A stretch of 64,000 nt of DNA from Promethearchaeota archaeon (GCA_019057865.1 JAHLWP010000012.1:1-64000); one strand, 5' to 3'; positions 20,705-31,517 are shown, counted from the stretch's first letter. A program made the numbers and translations. The notes: generated from the sequence alone by a model not told the origin.

Positions 20705-22285
20705 TTACCAAACTAAGTTGGCAATCATATTTTTAGCAGTTTCAGCATCTTTCTTATTCAAGATCTTCCTGATTCTTAAGTCATTTACAGCATCTTCAAG
20801 TCGTGTATCTAAATTTTTCATCTCCATTAAGTTATTTTTATCACCTTGAGTTTCGACAAGTTCAATCATTGCATTGTCTTTATTCATTAAATCTCTTAAT
20901 TTTTGCCTAAAACTCGCTTTAACCTTTGTTCTTACAATTTTGCCGTTGTCGATCAGAATTGGTAATACAGGAGCTCTTTCTGTTGTTCTATTTGTATTAG
21001 GATCTACAAAGTAGAAGATAAAAATTGGAATACCAACTACAACATTTTCAGTTTTAACTTCAATTGTATAATTATTAAAAAAGTTTTGAACATCTGTCAT
21101 CTCTGTATCCTTTATTGTTTCAAGATTATCTAAACATGATTGCTTTACTTGCTTTATTTGTGCAACAACATCTTCAGCAGAAGTTAGATCTTTACTTAGA
21201 CCACTATGTTTTGCATCAATCTGTTTTTGAACTTCAGATATTTTACGTTCCAATTCCCGAATTTTCAGTTGATGTGTTTTCTCAAGATCAGAGATCTCAC
21301 GTTGTACATTTTTTCTTAATTGTGCAATTTCACTCTTATATCTAGAGAGAGAATTTCCTAAATCGCGATATTTTAGATCTAAATCTTTTATACGTTCCTC
21401 AACTAGGAATAAATCTTTTTTATCAATGGCACTTTTTAGTTGATCATTACTATTTTTAATTTTATTTAGATTATTTTGAATCTCTCCAGTTTTATCGTTA
21501 ATTTTATATTTACCTGTTTTTACCAACTCTTCTGTTGATGTTTCAATTTTTCTCTCTTTTTCTTCTTGTAATTCTTTATTAAGTATCGCTAATTGCTTCT
21601 CTTCTTCACTTGTATCCACTTTAGTTACTCTGATTTTATCTACTTCTTGACCTCCCCTTTGAATCCATCTATCACATAACTTTATAATTATATCTCCATA
21701 AGTATCTAGCATTCTCACGTCTTTTTGTGAAATAAATTCATGAATTTCTTGAGCAATTTTTGCTTGATTCACACTTTTAGCAATAGGACCTCCTTCCAGT
21801 AAGAAATACGGATTATTAAAAGAACTTAAATTATATTGATTTAGGAAAAAATTCTGGAAATATCCAACTTCAGAAGAAGAAAATAACGCTTCTTGAATTA
21901 CAATACCTCTTTTAAAATTCTTACTTCTTCTTAAATAAGTATTATTATAAGATTGTAAGGAACTTAAAAATGAGTCTGGATCTGCTCCCTTAATAACATT
22001 ATCAGGTCTTGGAGGCGTCTGAGAGAATTGCCCTACGCTTAATTTTTCCTGTTTGTTGAGTAAATAACTACATACACACGCTCTAGTTTCGTTTAAAGGA
22101 ATTAAACGAACTGGCCAAAAACAGGTTGCAATTTTTGATATTTTTCCCATTTTTTTAAGGTTTTTACTATATATTCCAATGCATTCATTTAAAGCTAATG
22201 CTAATTCATTTAATAGTGTAGCTTGGGAGCGAGCGGGGATTACTTCGCCCATATTAATTAAATAAGGTATAACTCTTTGGACCAT
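20705..22285 (-). CDS. Hypothetical protein with long central coiled coil
   Basis: 526 aa; K/E/L/Q-rich heptad region at about residues 225-395. Confidence 0.75.
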   Translation of the reverse strand: MVQRVIPYLINMGEVIPARSQATLLNELALALNECIGIYSKNLKKMGKISKIATCFWPVRLIPLNETRACVCSYLLNKQEKLSVGQFSQTPPRPDNVIKGADPDSFLSSLQSYNNTYLRRSKNFKRGIVIQEALFSSSEVGYFQNFFLNQYNLSSFNNPYFLLEGGPIAKSVNQAKIAQEIHEFISQKDVRMLDTYGDIIIKLCDRWIQRGGQEVDKIRVTKVDTSEEEKQLAILNKELQEEKERKIETSTEELVKTGKYKINDKTGEIQNNLNKIKNSNDQLKSAIDKKDLFLVEERIKDLDLKYRDLGNSLSRYKSEIAQLRKNVQREISDLEKTHQLKIRELERKISEVQKQIDAKHSGLSKDLTSAEDVVAQIKQVKQSCLDNLETIKDTEMTDVQNFFNNYTIEVKTENVVVGIPIFIFYFVDPNTNRTTERAPVLPILIDNGKIVRTKVKASFRQKLRDLMNKDNAMIELVETQGDKNNLMEMKNLDTRLEDAVNDLRIRKILNKKDAETAKNMIANLVW

Positions 22286-22554
22286 ATTTGATTCACTTTA
22301 TTTTCTATAATATTTTTTAATACCAATTAAATAATTAAATTTTTGGTTTTAAGTTATTTTCATGGTTTGATAGTATTCATTACTGGGATATTGATTTTAT
22401 GTTTTCTAGCAAATATTGATAAAAGGAATAAATCTTTAGAATAAGAAGTACAATAATAATAAAAATTTTTTTTTCTCTTTTTCTTTTTCAGTTTAAAATT
22501 ATAAATATCTTGCTATCAAATTAATACGTATATAAAAGTAAAAGTGCATCAATA

Positions 22555-23367
22555 ATGGTTGAGAAATTTCTTGAGGGTAAAGGAGCTCTAATTACTGGTG
22601 GAGCTTCTGGTTTTGGAAGAGATGTAGGATTTGCATTTGCAGAAAGGGGTGCAGATTTAGTCCTAGTTGATATCAATGAAGAACTATTAGAAGAAACATG
22701 TAAGAAAATTGCACAAAAAACTGGACAAAAAGTGATACCTATTATATGTGATGTTTCAGATTCTAAATGTGTAAAGAAAATGGGAGAACAAGCATTTAAA
22801 GAACTTGATAATATATATGTTTTATTCAATAATGCCGGAGTAGCGACTGGATATGGAGTTGATATTTTACACGTTGGAGAACAAGCATGGGACAAAACCA
22901 TGAATATTAATCTTAAGGGTCAATGGTTAGTAGATAAATTTATATGTCGAAAAATGAATAGGCAAAAATTTGAACCATTGAGAGGGAAAGTTATTCATAA
23001 TTCTTCCCATTATGGGCTATGTCTTAGTCCATTTGTACCGATATATAGTATAAGTAAAACTGGTATAATAGCTCTTAATAAAATTATAGCAAAAACATTA
23101 GCTCCCTATATAACTTCAAATGCAATAGCACCAGGTTATCATACTACAGGATTTTATGGGAATAGAGAAGATATTGTGTTACAGGTTATCAGTGATTCAA
23201 ATGAGAAAACTCCTTTAAACAGAATAGGAACTATTGAAGATGTTGTTGATGTTGTATTATTTCTCGCTTCAAATAAAAGTGACTTTATTACTGGTCATTG
23301 TTTCACTATTGATGGAGGGATAGCAGAGGTGGGTGTTCACGCTCACAAATTAGATGTAAATGTATAA
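22555..23367 (+). CDS. SDR family oxidoreductase (paralog 1)
   Basis: TGGASGFG, NNAG and YSISK motifs. Confidence 0.9.
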   Translation: MVEKFLEGKGALITGGASGFGRDVGFAFAERGADLVLVDINEELLEETCKKIAQKTGQKVIPIICDVSDSKCVKKMGEQAFKELDNIYVLFNNAGVATGYGVDILHVGEQAWDKTMNINLKGQWLVDKFICRKMNRQKFEPLRGKVIHNSSHYGLCLSPFVPIYSISKTGIIALNKIIAKTLAPYITSNAIAPGYHTTGFYGNREDIVLQVISDSNEKTPLNRIGTIEDVVDVVLFLASNKSDFITGHCFTIDGGIAEVGVHAHKLDVNV

Positions 23368-23394
23368 AATAGTAAATGAAGGGAGGGAAATTTT

Positions 23395-24204
23395 ATGGTT
23401 AATAAATTTTTAGAAGGGAAAGGAGCTCTTATAACTGGTGGAGCTTCTGGTTTTGGAAGAGGTTTTGCTTTTGCATATGCACAAAGAGGGGCGAATTTAG
23501 TGTTAGTTGATATTAATGAAGAATTATTAGAAGAAACTTGTAAAAAAGTAAGAGAAGAGACTGGTCAAAAAGTAATACCTATTGTATGTGATGTAACAAA
23601 ATCAGATCAAGTAGGAGCAATGGCAAAACAAGCATTTTCTGAATTGGATAATGTGTATGTTTTGAACAATAATACTGGTGGAGGATTTGGTTTTTTTGAT
23701 TTAACTAGAGTTAAAGAAAATATTTTTGACAAAACAATAGCCCTTAATCTAAAGGGACAATGGTTAGTAGCAAAAGAAATATGTAAAAGAATGAAAAAAC
23801 AAAAATTAGAACCATTAGCAGGAAAAGTTATTCACACAGCTTCAATAGCAGGTGTAAAGGTAGATGGCGGTACTCCAGTATATTCTATATGTAAAGCGGG
23901 TGTAATCGCAATGATGCAATTACTTGCTCAAAGCCTAGCCCCAAAAATAACTGTTAATGCTATTTCACCTGGATATCATTTGACAGGAGCATATAGAAAC
24001 AGATTAGATGTAATGAAAATGACAATGGATGAAGGACATGTAAAAACTCCATTAAACAGATATGGAACTGTAGAGGACGTTGTAAATGTTTCAGTATTCC
24101 TTGCATCATCAGCCTCTAATTTTATTACTGGACATAATTTTATTGTAGATGGAGGAATTGTTGAGGTAGGTGTTCCTGCATATTTCTTTAAATCAGACAT
24201 TTAA
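23395..24204 (+). CDS. SDR family oxidoreductase (paralog 2)
   Basis: TGGASGFG, NNTG and YSICK motifs; N-terminus nearly identical to the upstream gene. Confidence 0.9.
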   Translation: MVNKFLEGKGALITGGASGFGRGFAFAYAQRGANLVLVDINEELLEETCKKVREETGQKVIPIVCDVTKSDQVGAMAKQAFSELDNVYVLNNNTGGGFGFFDLTRVKENIFDKTIALNLKGQWLVAKEICKRMKKQKLEPLAGKVIHTASIAGVKVDGGTPVYSICKAGVIAMMQLLAQSLAPKITVNAISPGYHLTGAYRNRLDVMKMTMDEGHVKTPLNRYGTVEDVVNVSVFLASSASNFITGHNFIVDGGIVEVGVPAYFFKSDI

Positions 24205-24343
24205 TAATTTTGCTAATATTTTATTCTTTTAATATTAGAAAGTAAAAAAATAAGATTGTAAAAAATTAAAGATTTATTAGGCAATTAGAATAAATAAATA
24301 TTCATTGATCTAAAGAATTAAAAATAAAAAACTAAAAATTGAG

Positions 24344-24745
24344 TTGAACATGATAAATATAATCATAGTAATTTTTCAAATTATTTTTATAGTTGGTCTT
24401 GTTGCATTTTGGATTTATTTTTTCCTGGTAGAAAATAAGAATCCAGAAAGAACAGAAGTATATCGTGTATTTGAAAAGTCTTTTGTTATAGCAGATTTAG
24501 GTTTTGCTCTACCTTGCTCAATTTTATCCATTTATGGGATTCTTACTGAACAAAAATTGGGATTCTTTTTTTCTGTCGTATTAGGTAGTGCGATAATATT
24601 TCTATTTCTGATGGATTTTTGTTATAATTTACAACAAGGAACTTACAAAAAAAGAGATTTCGATACGATATTAGAAATAGTACTAAATATTTATTGTGCA
24701 ATATTTGGTCCACTTTACATATTATTTGGTTGGTTCAACTTATAA
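24344..24745 (+). CDS. Small 4-TM membrane protein
   Basis: Four hydrophobic segments; FEKSFVIAD motif. Confidence 0.7.
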   Translation: MNMINIIIVIFQIIFIVGLVAFWIYFFLVENKNPERTEVYRVFEKSFVIADLGFALPCSILSIYGILTEQKLGFFFSVVLGSAIIFLFLMDFCYNLQQGTYKKRDFDTILEIVLNIYCAIFGPLYILFGWFNL

Positions 24746-24895
24746 ACATAAAAAAACTTTATCTCTAATTTCTTTAAACCTAAATCAATTTTTTTTTTAT
24801 TTTTAAACTTAACAAAGGTATAATTTATTAGAAGGAATATCAAAGTTAGTATCATGATTTCATTATTAAATGAATATAATTTGGAGGTTAAATAA

Positions 24896-25273
24896 ATGGT
24901 AAAAGTTAATGGAGCTCAATTAATAGTTAGGGCATTAGATAATCAAGGAGTTAATGTGATATTTACTCTTTGTGGAGATAATGATTTGATCTATAACTAT
25001 TGCTCATCCTTAAGCGATGAAACTAGATATGATAAATATGCTGAAGCTTTTAATTGTTATGGAGAATTAGTTTCAGATTCTAATGAAATACGCCCAGCAT
25101 TACAGCGGGTTTTTGATTCAAACCTACCTGCTGTAATTGATGTAAGGATTAATCCTAAAGTAAATACTGTTATGGATTACCTTGCTCGTGAAGCCTATAA
25201 TCCAGATAGCTGGAAACGAAAAGTTAAAAAGAAAACTGAGATTGTTCTTGAAGTACCAGTAACTAAAAGTTGA
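24896..25273 (+). pseudogene. Internally deleted TPP-dependent enzyme (acetolactate synthase-like)
   Basis: The TPP_enzyme_N start (NGAQLIVRALDNQGVNVIFTLCG) is fused directly to the TPP_enzyme_C end (RYDKYAEAFNCYG...PAVIDVRI). Confidence 0.7.
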
Positions 25274-25304
25274 GCCAATCGAAATTAACTTACTTAAATA
25301 TGTT

Positions 25305-25505
25305 ATGAATCAAATTCGAATCCAAGCTGTTTGGAGCTATACAAAAGAAAATTTCAAGAATGCAATAGACCTAATTGTTAAAAAAATGATTGATCCTGAA
25401 CCAATCGTAACTAAAATAATTTCTTTAGATGATATCGTTGAAGAAGGATTTGAATGCGCAATAAATCTTGAAACAACTGATATTAAAATCCTTGTAGAAC
25501 CATAA
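25305..25505 (+). pseudogene. C-terminal fragment of Zn-dependent (MDR) dehydrogenase
   Basis: FKNAIDLI...IDPEPIVTKIISLDDIVEEGF...KILVEP is an MDR C-terminus; 66 aa only. Confidence 0.65.
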
Positions 25506-25539
25506 ATATGAAACCAATATTTAGATAAATAATATTAAT

Positions 25540-26646
25540 ATGAAAAAAATAGGACTTATTGTAAATCCAATTGCTGGAATGGGTGGTAGTGTAGGGTTAA
25601 AAGGGACAGATGGAGATATATATAAAAAAGCTTTAAAATTGGGTGCCAAACCAGTAGCACCTAAAAGAGTAAGTCAATTTTTATCGAATTTAAAAAATAA
25701 AGAAGATCTCTTTTTATTTGTTGCACCTGGAAAAATGGGAGAAGATTATGTTAAAAAGAAAGGTTTTACCTATGAAGTCATTGGAGAAATTAGTAAAAAA
25801 ACCACGGCAGAAGATACAAAAAGAATTTCAAATCAAATGATTGAGAAAAGTATTGAAATACTTGTTTTTTGTGGAGGTGATGGTACTGCCAGAGATATTT
25901 ATGATGCCATTGGAATAGAAAAGCCTGTAGTTGCCATACCCTCAGGAGTAAAAATGTTTAGTTCTGTTTTTGCTCTTAATCCAAGGGCTGGTGCTGAAAT
26001 TATTGATAAATTTTTGAAGGAGACCATAGAAACATTAGATAAAGAAATTTTAGATATTAATGAAGAATCTTACCAACATGGGATTTTAGATTCGAGATTA
26101 TATGGATATTTAAAGGTTCCTAAGGTTAAAAATTTAATACAAGCTGGAAAAGATAGTTCAAACGTAGGACGAACCGCTGAAGTAAATAAATATGAAATCG
26201 CCAAACATATAATTGAAAATATGCAAAATGTTACTCTTTATTTATTAGGACCAGGAACAACTATTAAGACAATTGCTGATCATTTAAAGCTACCCAAAAC
26301 ACTACTTGGTATTGATGCTATTTATAATAATGAGCTGGTAGGAAAAGACTTGAATGAAAAAGGAATTTTAAAACTTTTGGATGAATACAAAAAAGCAAAA
26401 ATAATCTTAACGCCAATAGGTGGACAAGGATTTATATTGGGAAGAGGAAATAAGCAATTCACCCCTAAAATCCTTAAAATTATTGGAAAAAAAAATTTAA
26501 TAATTATTGCTACGGAGGAGAAAATAAAAGGGTTTAAATGTTTAAGGGTTGATACGGGTGATATTGAAGTTGACAAGATATTTACAGGACCTACTAAAGT
26601 AATTGTTGGATATAAACAAGAATTAGTTGTGGATATTTTAGTTTAA
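25540..26646 (+). CDS. ATP-NAD kinase family protein
   Basis: NPIAGMGGSVGLKGTD, GGDGTARD, GVKMFS and GRGNKQ motifs. Confidence 0.88.
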   Translation: MKKIGLIVNPIAGMGGSVGLKGTDGDIYKKALKLGAKPVAPKRVSQFLSNLKNKEDLFLFVAPGKMGEDYVKKKGFTYEVIGEISKKTTAEDTKRISNQMIEKSIEILVFCGGDGTARDIYDAIGIEKPVVAIPSGVKMFSSVFALNPRAGAEIIDKFLKETIETLDKEILDINEESYQHGILDSRLYGYLKVPKVKNLIQAGKDSSNVGRTAEVNKYEIAKHIIENMQNVTLYLLGPGTTIKTIADHLKLPKTLLGIDAIYNNELVGKDLNEKGILKLLDEYKKAKIILTPIGGQGFILGRGNKQFTPKILKIIGKKNLIIIATEEKIKGFKCLRVDTGDIEVDKIFTGPTKVIVGYKQELVVDILV

Positions 26647-26726
26647 AAATTATATAAGTTCAATTTTATAATAATAAATAAGGATTTAATTATCTTAATT
26701 TAATTAGAATTTTTAGATGAGAGCAT

Positions 26727-27539
26727 ATGGTTAGAGAAATCAATACTATTTCTGTAATTGGAGCGGGATATATGGGTAAGCAGATCATTGAGAGATCTGC
26801 CTTATGTGGTTATAATGTCCACGCTTATGATGTAAGTTTTGAAAGTTTGAATGAGTTTATTTCTGAGTTAAATAAGTCAAAAGATATAAAGGGAGAGATT
26901 ATACATCATAACAATCTCCCTGAAGCAGTAAAGAATGCTGACTTAATTATTGAAACGATTCCTGAAAATATTGAATTAAAAAGAGATGTTTTTTCACAGA
27001 TTGATGAAGTAGCTCCACCTCATGCTATTATAGCTACAAATAGTTCTTCAATTCCGATTTCAAAATTAGAGGATGTTGTTGAACGGAAAGATAAAGTTAT
27101 GAATATTCATTTTTATCATCTTATTAATTGGCCAATGGCAGACCTAATGAAAATCACTCAAACAAGTGATGAAACATTTGAGAAAGGAAAAAAATGGGTT
27201 GAAAGTATCGATATCACTCCTCTTATTGTAAAAAAAGAATGCTACGGATTTGTCTTTAATAGAATTTGGCGAGCAATTAAAAAAGATTGCTTGAAAATAT
27301 GGAGTGGTGGGCATGCAGATGTTGAAGATGTTGATAAAGCATGGAAGATATTCACTGGCTCGGATGAAGGTCCATTTGAAATGATGGATAAAATCGGATT
27401 GGATGTTATATACGACATTGAAATGTCTTATTTCAAAAAAAGTGGGGATCAAGATGATAAGCCACCTGATGCCCTTAAAGAATTGGTTGATAAAGAACAA
27501 TTAGGAAGAAAAACTGGAAAAGGTTTTTATGAATATTAA
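26727..27539 (+). CDS. 3-hydroxyacyl-CoA dehydrogenase family protein
   Basis: GAGYMG, ATNSSS, HF, GFVFNRI and GPFEMMDxIGLD motifs. Confidence 0.9.
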   Translation: MVREINTISVIGAGYMGKQIIERSALCGYNVHAYDVSFESLNEFISELNKSKDIKGEIIHHNNLPEAVKNADLIIETIPENIELKRDVFSQIDEVAPPHAIIATNSSSIPISKLEDVVERKDKVMNIHFYHLINWPMADLMKITQTSDETFEKGKKWVESIDITPLIVKKECYGFVFNRIWRAIKKDCLKIWSGGHADVEDVDKAWKIFTGSDEGPFEMMDKIGLDVIYDIEMSYFKKSGDQDDKPPDALKELVDKEQLGRKTGKGFYEY

Positions 27540-27643
27540 TAATAAATACAAATTTTAAATAAAAGGAAAATTTTTTTTAGATTTTTAATTAAAAACAATA
27601 AATTCCTATTCTAATTTTTGATTTATAAATTTTAGAGTCCCTC

Positions 27644-28360
27644 ATGCCCAATAGAAAAGAAAAAGAAATAACTAGAATACAAGAGCTTGAAAGCATAAAT
27701 TTAGCGAGAGAAGAAGATAGAGATCTTGTAGTACAAATGAAGAAAGAGGTTGAGAAAGATAATGAGCTATTAGCTTTTCAAATAAATCAAGAATTAAGAA
27801 AAAATAATATTAAATCTATTGATGTTGTGGGAGCTATTGGCGCGGGTAAAACTGCAATATTAGAAAAAATTGTTGAAATTATCGCTTCTAAATATAGAAT
27901 CTTAGTAATATGCGGAGATATTACTACAAGAGTTGATGCTGATAGAATACAATCTCATAATGCTGAAACGATTCAAATAAATACTGGTCGTGAATGTGCT
28001 TTAAATGCTTATCATATTTTTCAAATAATTAAAAATAAAGATCTTAAAGATTATGATCTAATATTTATAGAAAATGTAGGGAATTTAATTTGCCCTTCAG
28101 ATTTCATTCTAGGGACAGATAAAAGAATTACTATTGTCTCTATAACAGAAGGAGAATGGGTTATTGAAAAACACCCTATGCTATTTAAAATGTCTCAAAT
28201 TGCTATTATAAACAAAATTGACCTTGCTAAGAGATTAGGCACAAATGTAGAAAAAATGATTAATGATGCAAAAAAAATTAATCCTAACATTGAAGTTATA
28301 ACTACAAGTGCTAAAACAGGAGAAAATATAGATAAATTAATTGAAAAATTAGAATTGTAA
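27644..28360 (+). CDS. hypB: Hydrogenase nickel incorporation GTPase HypB
   Basis: GAIGAGKT, ENVGNLICP, NKID and SAKTG motifs. Confidence 0.88.
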   Translation: MPNRKEKEITRIQELESINLAREEDRDLVVQMKKEVEKDNELLAFQINQELRKNNIKSIDVVGAIGAGKTAILEKIVEIIASKYRILVICGDITTRVDADRIQSHNAETIQINTGRECALNAYHIFQIIKNKDLKDYDLIFIENVGNLICPSDFILGTDKRITIVSITEGEWVIEKHPMLFKMSQIAIINKIDLAKRLGTNVEKMINDAKKINPNIEVITTSAKTGENIDKLIEKLEL

Positions 28361-28383
28361 TAATTTATTGACGATAAAAAAAA

Positions 28384-28806
28384 ATGAATAAAGAATTAGA
28401 AGAAATAGAAGAATTAGTTAATGAAATAGAAGTAGACATTATTAAACTCCAAAATTTATTTTCTAACTTTATAAAACAACATTTAAAAGGGCTTATTATT
28501 GAAAACTATATAGGAGAATACCCTACATTCATGGAACCTGTAATTCTTGGAGAAAAAGTCGTAATTGGAGATGATGTACTTATAGGACCTTATGTTTATA
28601 TTGGAAAAAATTCTGAAATTGGTAATTATGTAGAGTTATCTAACACGATTATTTTTGATAACGTTAAAGTAGGAGACAACATCAAATTGGATAATTGTAT
28701 TATTGCAAAGGATTGTAAACTTAATTTTAATAATTCAAATATAAAAAATTGTATATTAAAAGGAATTGCCAATTCAGAGAAAGAAGTATTAAAAATTTAC
28801 TTTTAA
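28384..28806 (+). CDS. Left-handed beta-helix (hexapeptide repeat) protein
   Basis: PVILGEKVVIGDDVLIGPYVYIGKNSEIG repeats. Confidence 0.75.
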   Translation: MNKELEEIEELVNEIEVDIIKLQNLFSNFIKQHLKGLIIENYIGEYPTFMEPVILGEKVVIGDDVLIGPYVYIGKNSEIGNYVELSNTIIFDNVKVGDNIKLDNCIIAKDCKLNFNNSNIKNCILKGIANSEKEVLKIYF

Positions 28807-28828
28807 ATTTCAGCTTGATGGAATTAAC

Positions 28829-29644
28829 TTGAAGAATAAAAAATATTTTGAAACCAATTTAAAAAGATGGAACGAACTAGTAGATATAAATCTTGAATCA
28901 GAGTGGTATGATTTCAAAGGATTTTTGGAAGGCAAAGAATCCCTACTTCCGATAGAAATTAAAGAACTTGGAGATGTAAATGGAAAATCATTGCTTCATT
29001 TACAATGCCACTTTGGAATGGATACTCTTTCTTGGGCAAGGAAGGGTGCAAAAGTAACAGGAGTTGATTTTTCAGATAAAGCGATTGAATTAGCAAAACA
29101 ATTAAGTAAAGAATTAAATATACCCGCAAAATTTATTCAATCTAATGTTTATGATAAACCAAATATACTTAAAGAGAAGTTTGATATTGTTTTCACTTCT
29201 TATGGAGTCCTTTGCTGGCTACCAGATTTAGTAAAATGGGCAGATGTTATAAATTATTACCTAAAGCCTGGAGGTACTTTCTATATTATTGAAGGCCATC
29301 CTTTTGGATCGTTAATTGATGAAAAATTTAGAAAAGGTTTCCAAGTAGGTTATGATTATTTTACAGAAGGAAAACCTACTCAGTGGGACGAGGATGGAAC
29401 TTATGGTGACCCTAATGCAAAATTAAAACACATAACTAATTATCAGTGGGATCACACAATGAGCGATATCATAAACGCTTTATTGAGTGTAAATTTAGAA
29501 ATAGAATTTTTTCATGAATTTCCGTTTACATTTCATAATTTACACCCAGATTTGAAACGAAGAGATGATGGATATTGGGAGTTCCAAAACTTAGAATTTT
29601 CAGTTCCTATGATGTTTTCAATTAAAGCACAGAAGAAATTATAA
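28829..29644 (+). CDS. Class I SAM-dependent methyltransferase
   Basis: LLHLQCHFGMD, TGVDFS and LKPGG motifs. Confidence 0.9.
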   Translation: MKNKKYFETNLKRWNELVDINLESEWYDFKGFLEGKESLLPIEIKELGDVNGKSLLHLQCHFGMDTLSWARKGAKVTGVDFSDKAIELAKQLSKELNIPAKFIQSNVYDKPNILKEKFDIVFTSYGVLCWLPDLVKWADVINYYLKPGGTFYIIEGHPFGSLIDEKFRKGFQVGYDYFTEGKPTQWDEDGTYGDPNAKLKHITNYQWDHTMSDIINALLSVNLEIEFFHEFPFTFHNLHPDLKRRDDGYWEFQNLEFSVPMMFSIKAQKKL

Positions 29645-29873
29645 AATAATAACTCTATAAGAATATTATCATTAATTTCATATTATTATTCTAGATATTA
29701 TACTCCTAATTTCTTTTTTATTCTTAATGACTTTGGAGCAGAGATCTGAATTCGAGCATCTATAAATCTTAATTTAGATTTATTTTTTAGTAATAGATTA
29801 GAATCTTCGTGAAAGCACACTTTTACGAATATTCATATTATCGGTGATAATATTTATTACAATATATTAATCA

Positions 29874-30737
29874 TTACTTATTTTGAATATCTCTTCTTTT
29901 AAAGATAATGACTGAGAGTAGAATAGGCATAATCGAGAGTATCAATACAATCACTGAAAAAGAATAGATAAATGAGCCAATATTTGGGTCACTAGGAATC
30001 CCTCCTTTTACAAATATTCCTGCTTCTCCTCCTGAAATAAACCCTAGAACGATATTAACATGATGGGACAAAGAGATATTATTAAGAACGTTAGCAGTGT
30101 TTTTTGGTAGATAAATAGTTAGGAAATCGAGAATCATCCATAAAATAAGAAAGATGATTGTTCCAAGACTAGCCATAGAGGGTCTTTTACTTAAAACAGA
30201 AAAGAGTACTGCAATTGAAGTATAAACAATAGCATAAAATAATATAACAGCAAGATACCCTACTAAAATGTTTACATCAGCGATCCCAATACCAATAAGT
30301 ATGAAAGATAACACCATCACGAGGAAATTTAAAGTTAGGAGTGGTAAAAATATAACCATAAATGAGAATAATTTTCCTATTATTATTTCCCATCGGTGTA
30401 AAGGTTTTGAAATTAAAAGTGTAAGCATTCCTCTCTCTTTTTCTCCAGCTATAAAATCGCTACTATGTAATACAGCTACCAAAGCTATTGGAAAGGTTGT
30501 TATATCAATGAAGGACATCATGCAGATCGTGGGATTAATTTCGGTAAGCGGTTCTGGAAACATTGCAGTCATCTGTTCAAGGATACTTGGATCTTCATAC
30601 ATCATCCAGGAAAACCATATGTTCAGTACAACGGGTAATATTAACAAAACAAGGTATATGATAAATCTCCTTGATAATACAGTATCTCTTATCTCCCGTT
30701 TAATAATTATTTCTAATGCCATTTTAGTTCCAATCAC
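29874..30737 (-). CDS. ABC-2 type transporter permease
   Basis: Six TM segments; IAGEKERG...LISKPL...GK motif. Confidence 0.88.
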   Translation of the reverse strand: MIGTKMALEIIIKREIRDTVLSRRFIIYLVLLILPVVLNIWFSWMMYEDPSILEQMTAMFPEPLTEINPTICMMSFIDITTFPIALVAVLHSSDFIAGEKERGMLTLLISKPLHRWEIIIGKLFSFMVIFLPLLTLNFLVMVLSFILIGIGIADVNILVGYLAVILFYAIVYTSIAVLFSVLSKRPSMASLGTIIFLILWMILDFLTIYLPKNTANVLNNISLSHHVNIVLGFISGGEAGIFVKGGIPSDPNIGSFIYSFSVIVLILSIMPILLSVIIFKRRDIQNK

Positions 30738-31452
30738 CTTTGATAGTATTTTTATAGATTTCTTCTAAACTTCCTGAAATATCTTTTAAAACAACTTTCG
30801 TTATAATTTTACCTTTCTCAATAATTGCGACAATATCACTTATTTTTTCAGTTATAGGAAGCATGTGAGTTGTAATTAAAATTGTATTTCCTTTTCTAGC
30901 ATAATCAGAAATCATTTCTAAGACTTTTTCACGGGCTAGTGGATCTAAATCGGATGTAGGCTCGTCTAAAAATACAACTTCAGGATCTGCAACAAAAGCT
31001 TGAGCAATTGCTAATCGTTGCTTCATTCCTGCTGAATAAGTTTCTATTTTTGAATTACCTCTCTCTGACAACCCAACTTTCTTAATAAAAGTGCTGGCTT
31101 TCTTTTTAGCTTCAAGTTTTTCAACCCCTCCAAGTTCTGCCATATATTGCAAAAATCTAAATCCACTCATGTTTTTATAAAAACCAGAGTCTTCAGGCAG
31201 ATATCCTATCTTTTCACGTGCTTTTAGAGGGTCTTTTAGGATGTCTTTACCTAAAATCTTAGCTGATCCTGATGTTGGTTTTAAAGCACAAATTAACATT
31301 TCAATTAATGTAGTTTTTCCAGCTCCATTTGGTCCAACTAGACCACATATTTCTCCTTTCTTAACTTTTAAATTCAAATTATTAACAGCAATAAAATCAT
31401 TGAATTTTTTAGTTAAGTTGTTCGTTATTATAGCATATTCCATTTTAGACAT
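30724..31452 (-). CDS. ABC transporter ATP-binding protein
   Basis: GPNGAGKTT, YSAGMKQR, LDEPT and TTH motifs. Confidence 0.95.
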   Translation of the reverse strand: MSKMEYAIITNNLTKKFNDFIAVNNLNLKVKKGEICGLVGPNGAGKTTLIEMLICALKPTSGSAKILGKDILKDPLKAREKIGYLPEDSGFYKNMSGFRFLQYMAELGGVEKLEAKKKASTFIKKVGLSERGNSKIETYSAGMKQRLAIAQAFVADPEVVFLDEPTSDLDPLAREKVLEMISDYARKGNTILITTHMLPITEKISDIVAIIEKGKIITKVVLKDISGSLEEIYKNTIKGDWN

Positions 31453-31517
31453 TTAAATAAAATATTATACAACCCTTTTAAAATTAATTGAGATTTTAAT
31501 TAAAAATTGGAAAAGAA

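Noticed and set aside
29795-29870. Minus-strand peptide NIRKSVLSRRF resembling the permease N-terminus (IRDTVLSRRF), and an ATGA...GA SECIS-like look
   Set aside because: The match is too short to call a pseudogene, the SECIS core is out of register, and no UGA-containing gene lies upstream.
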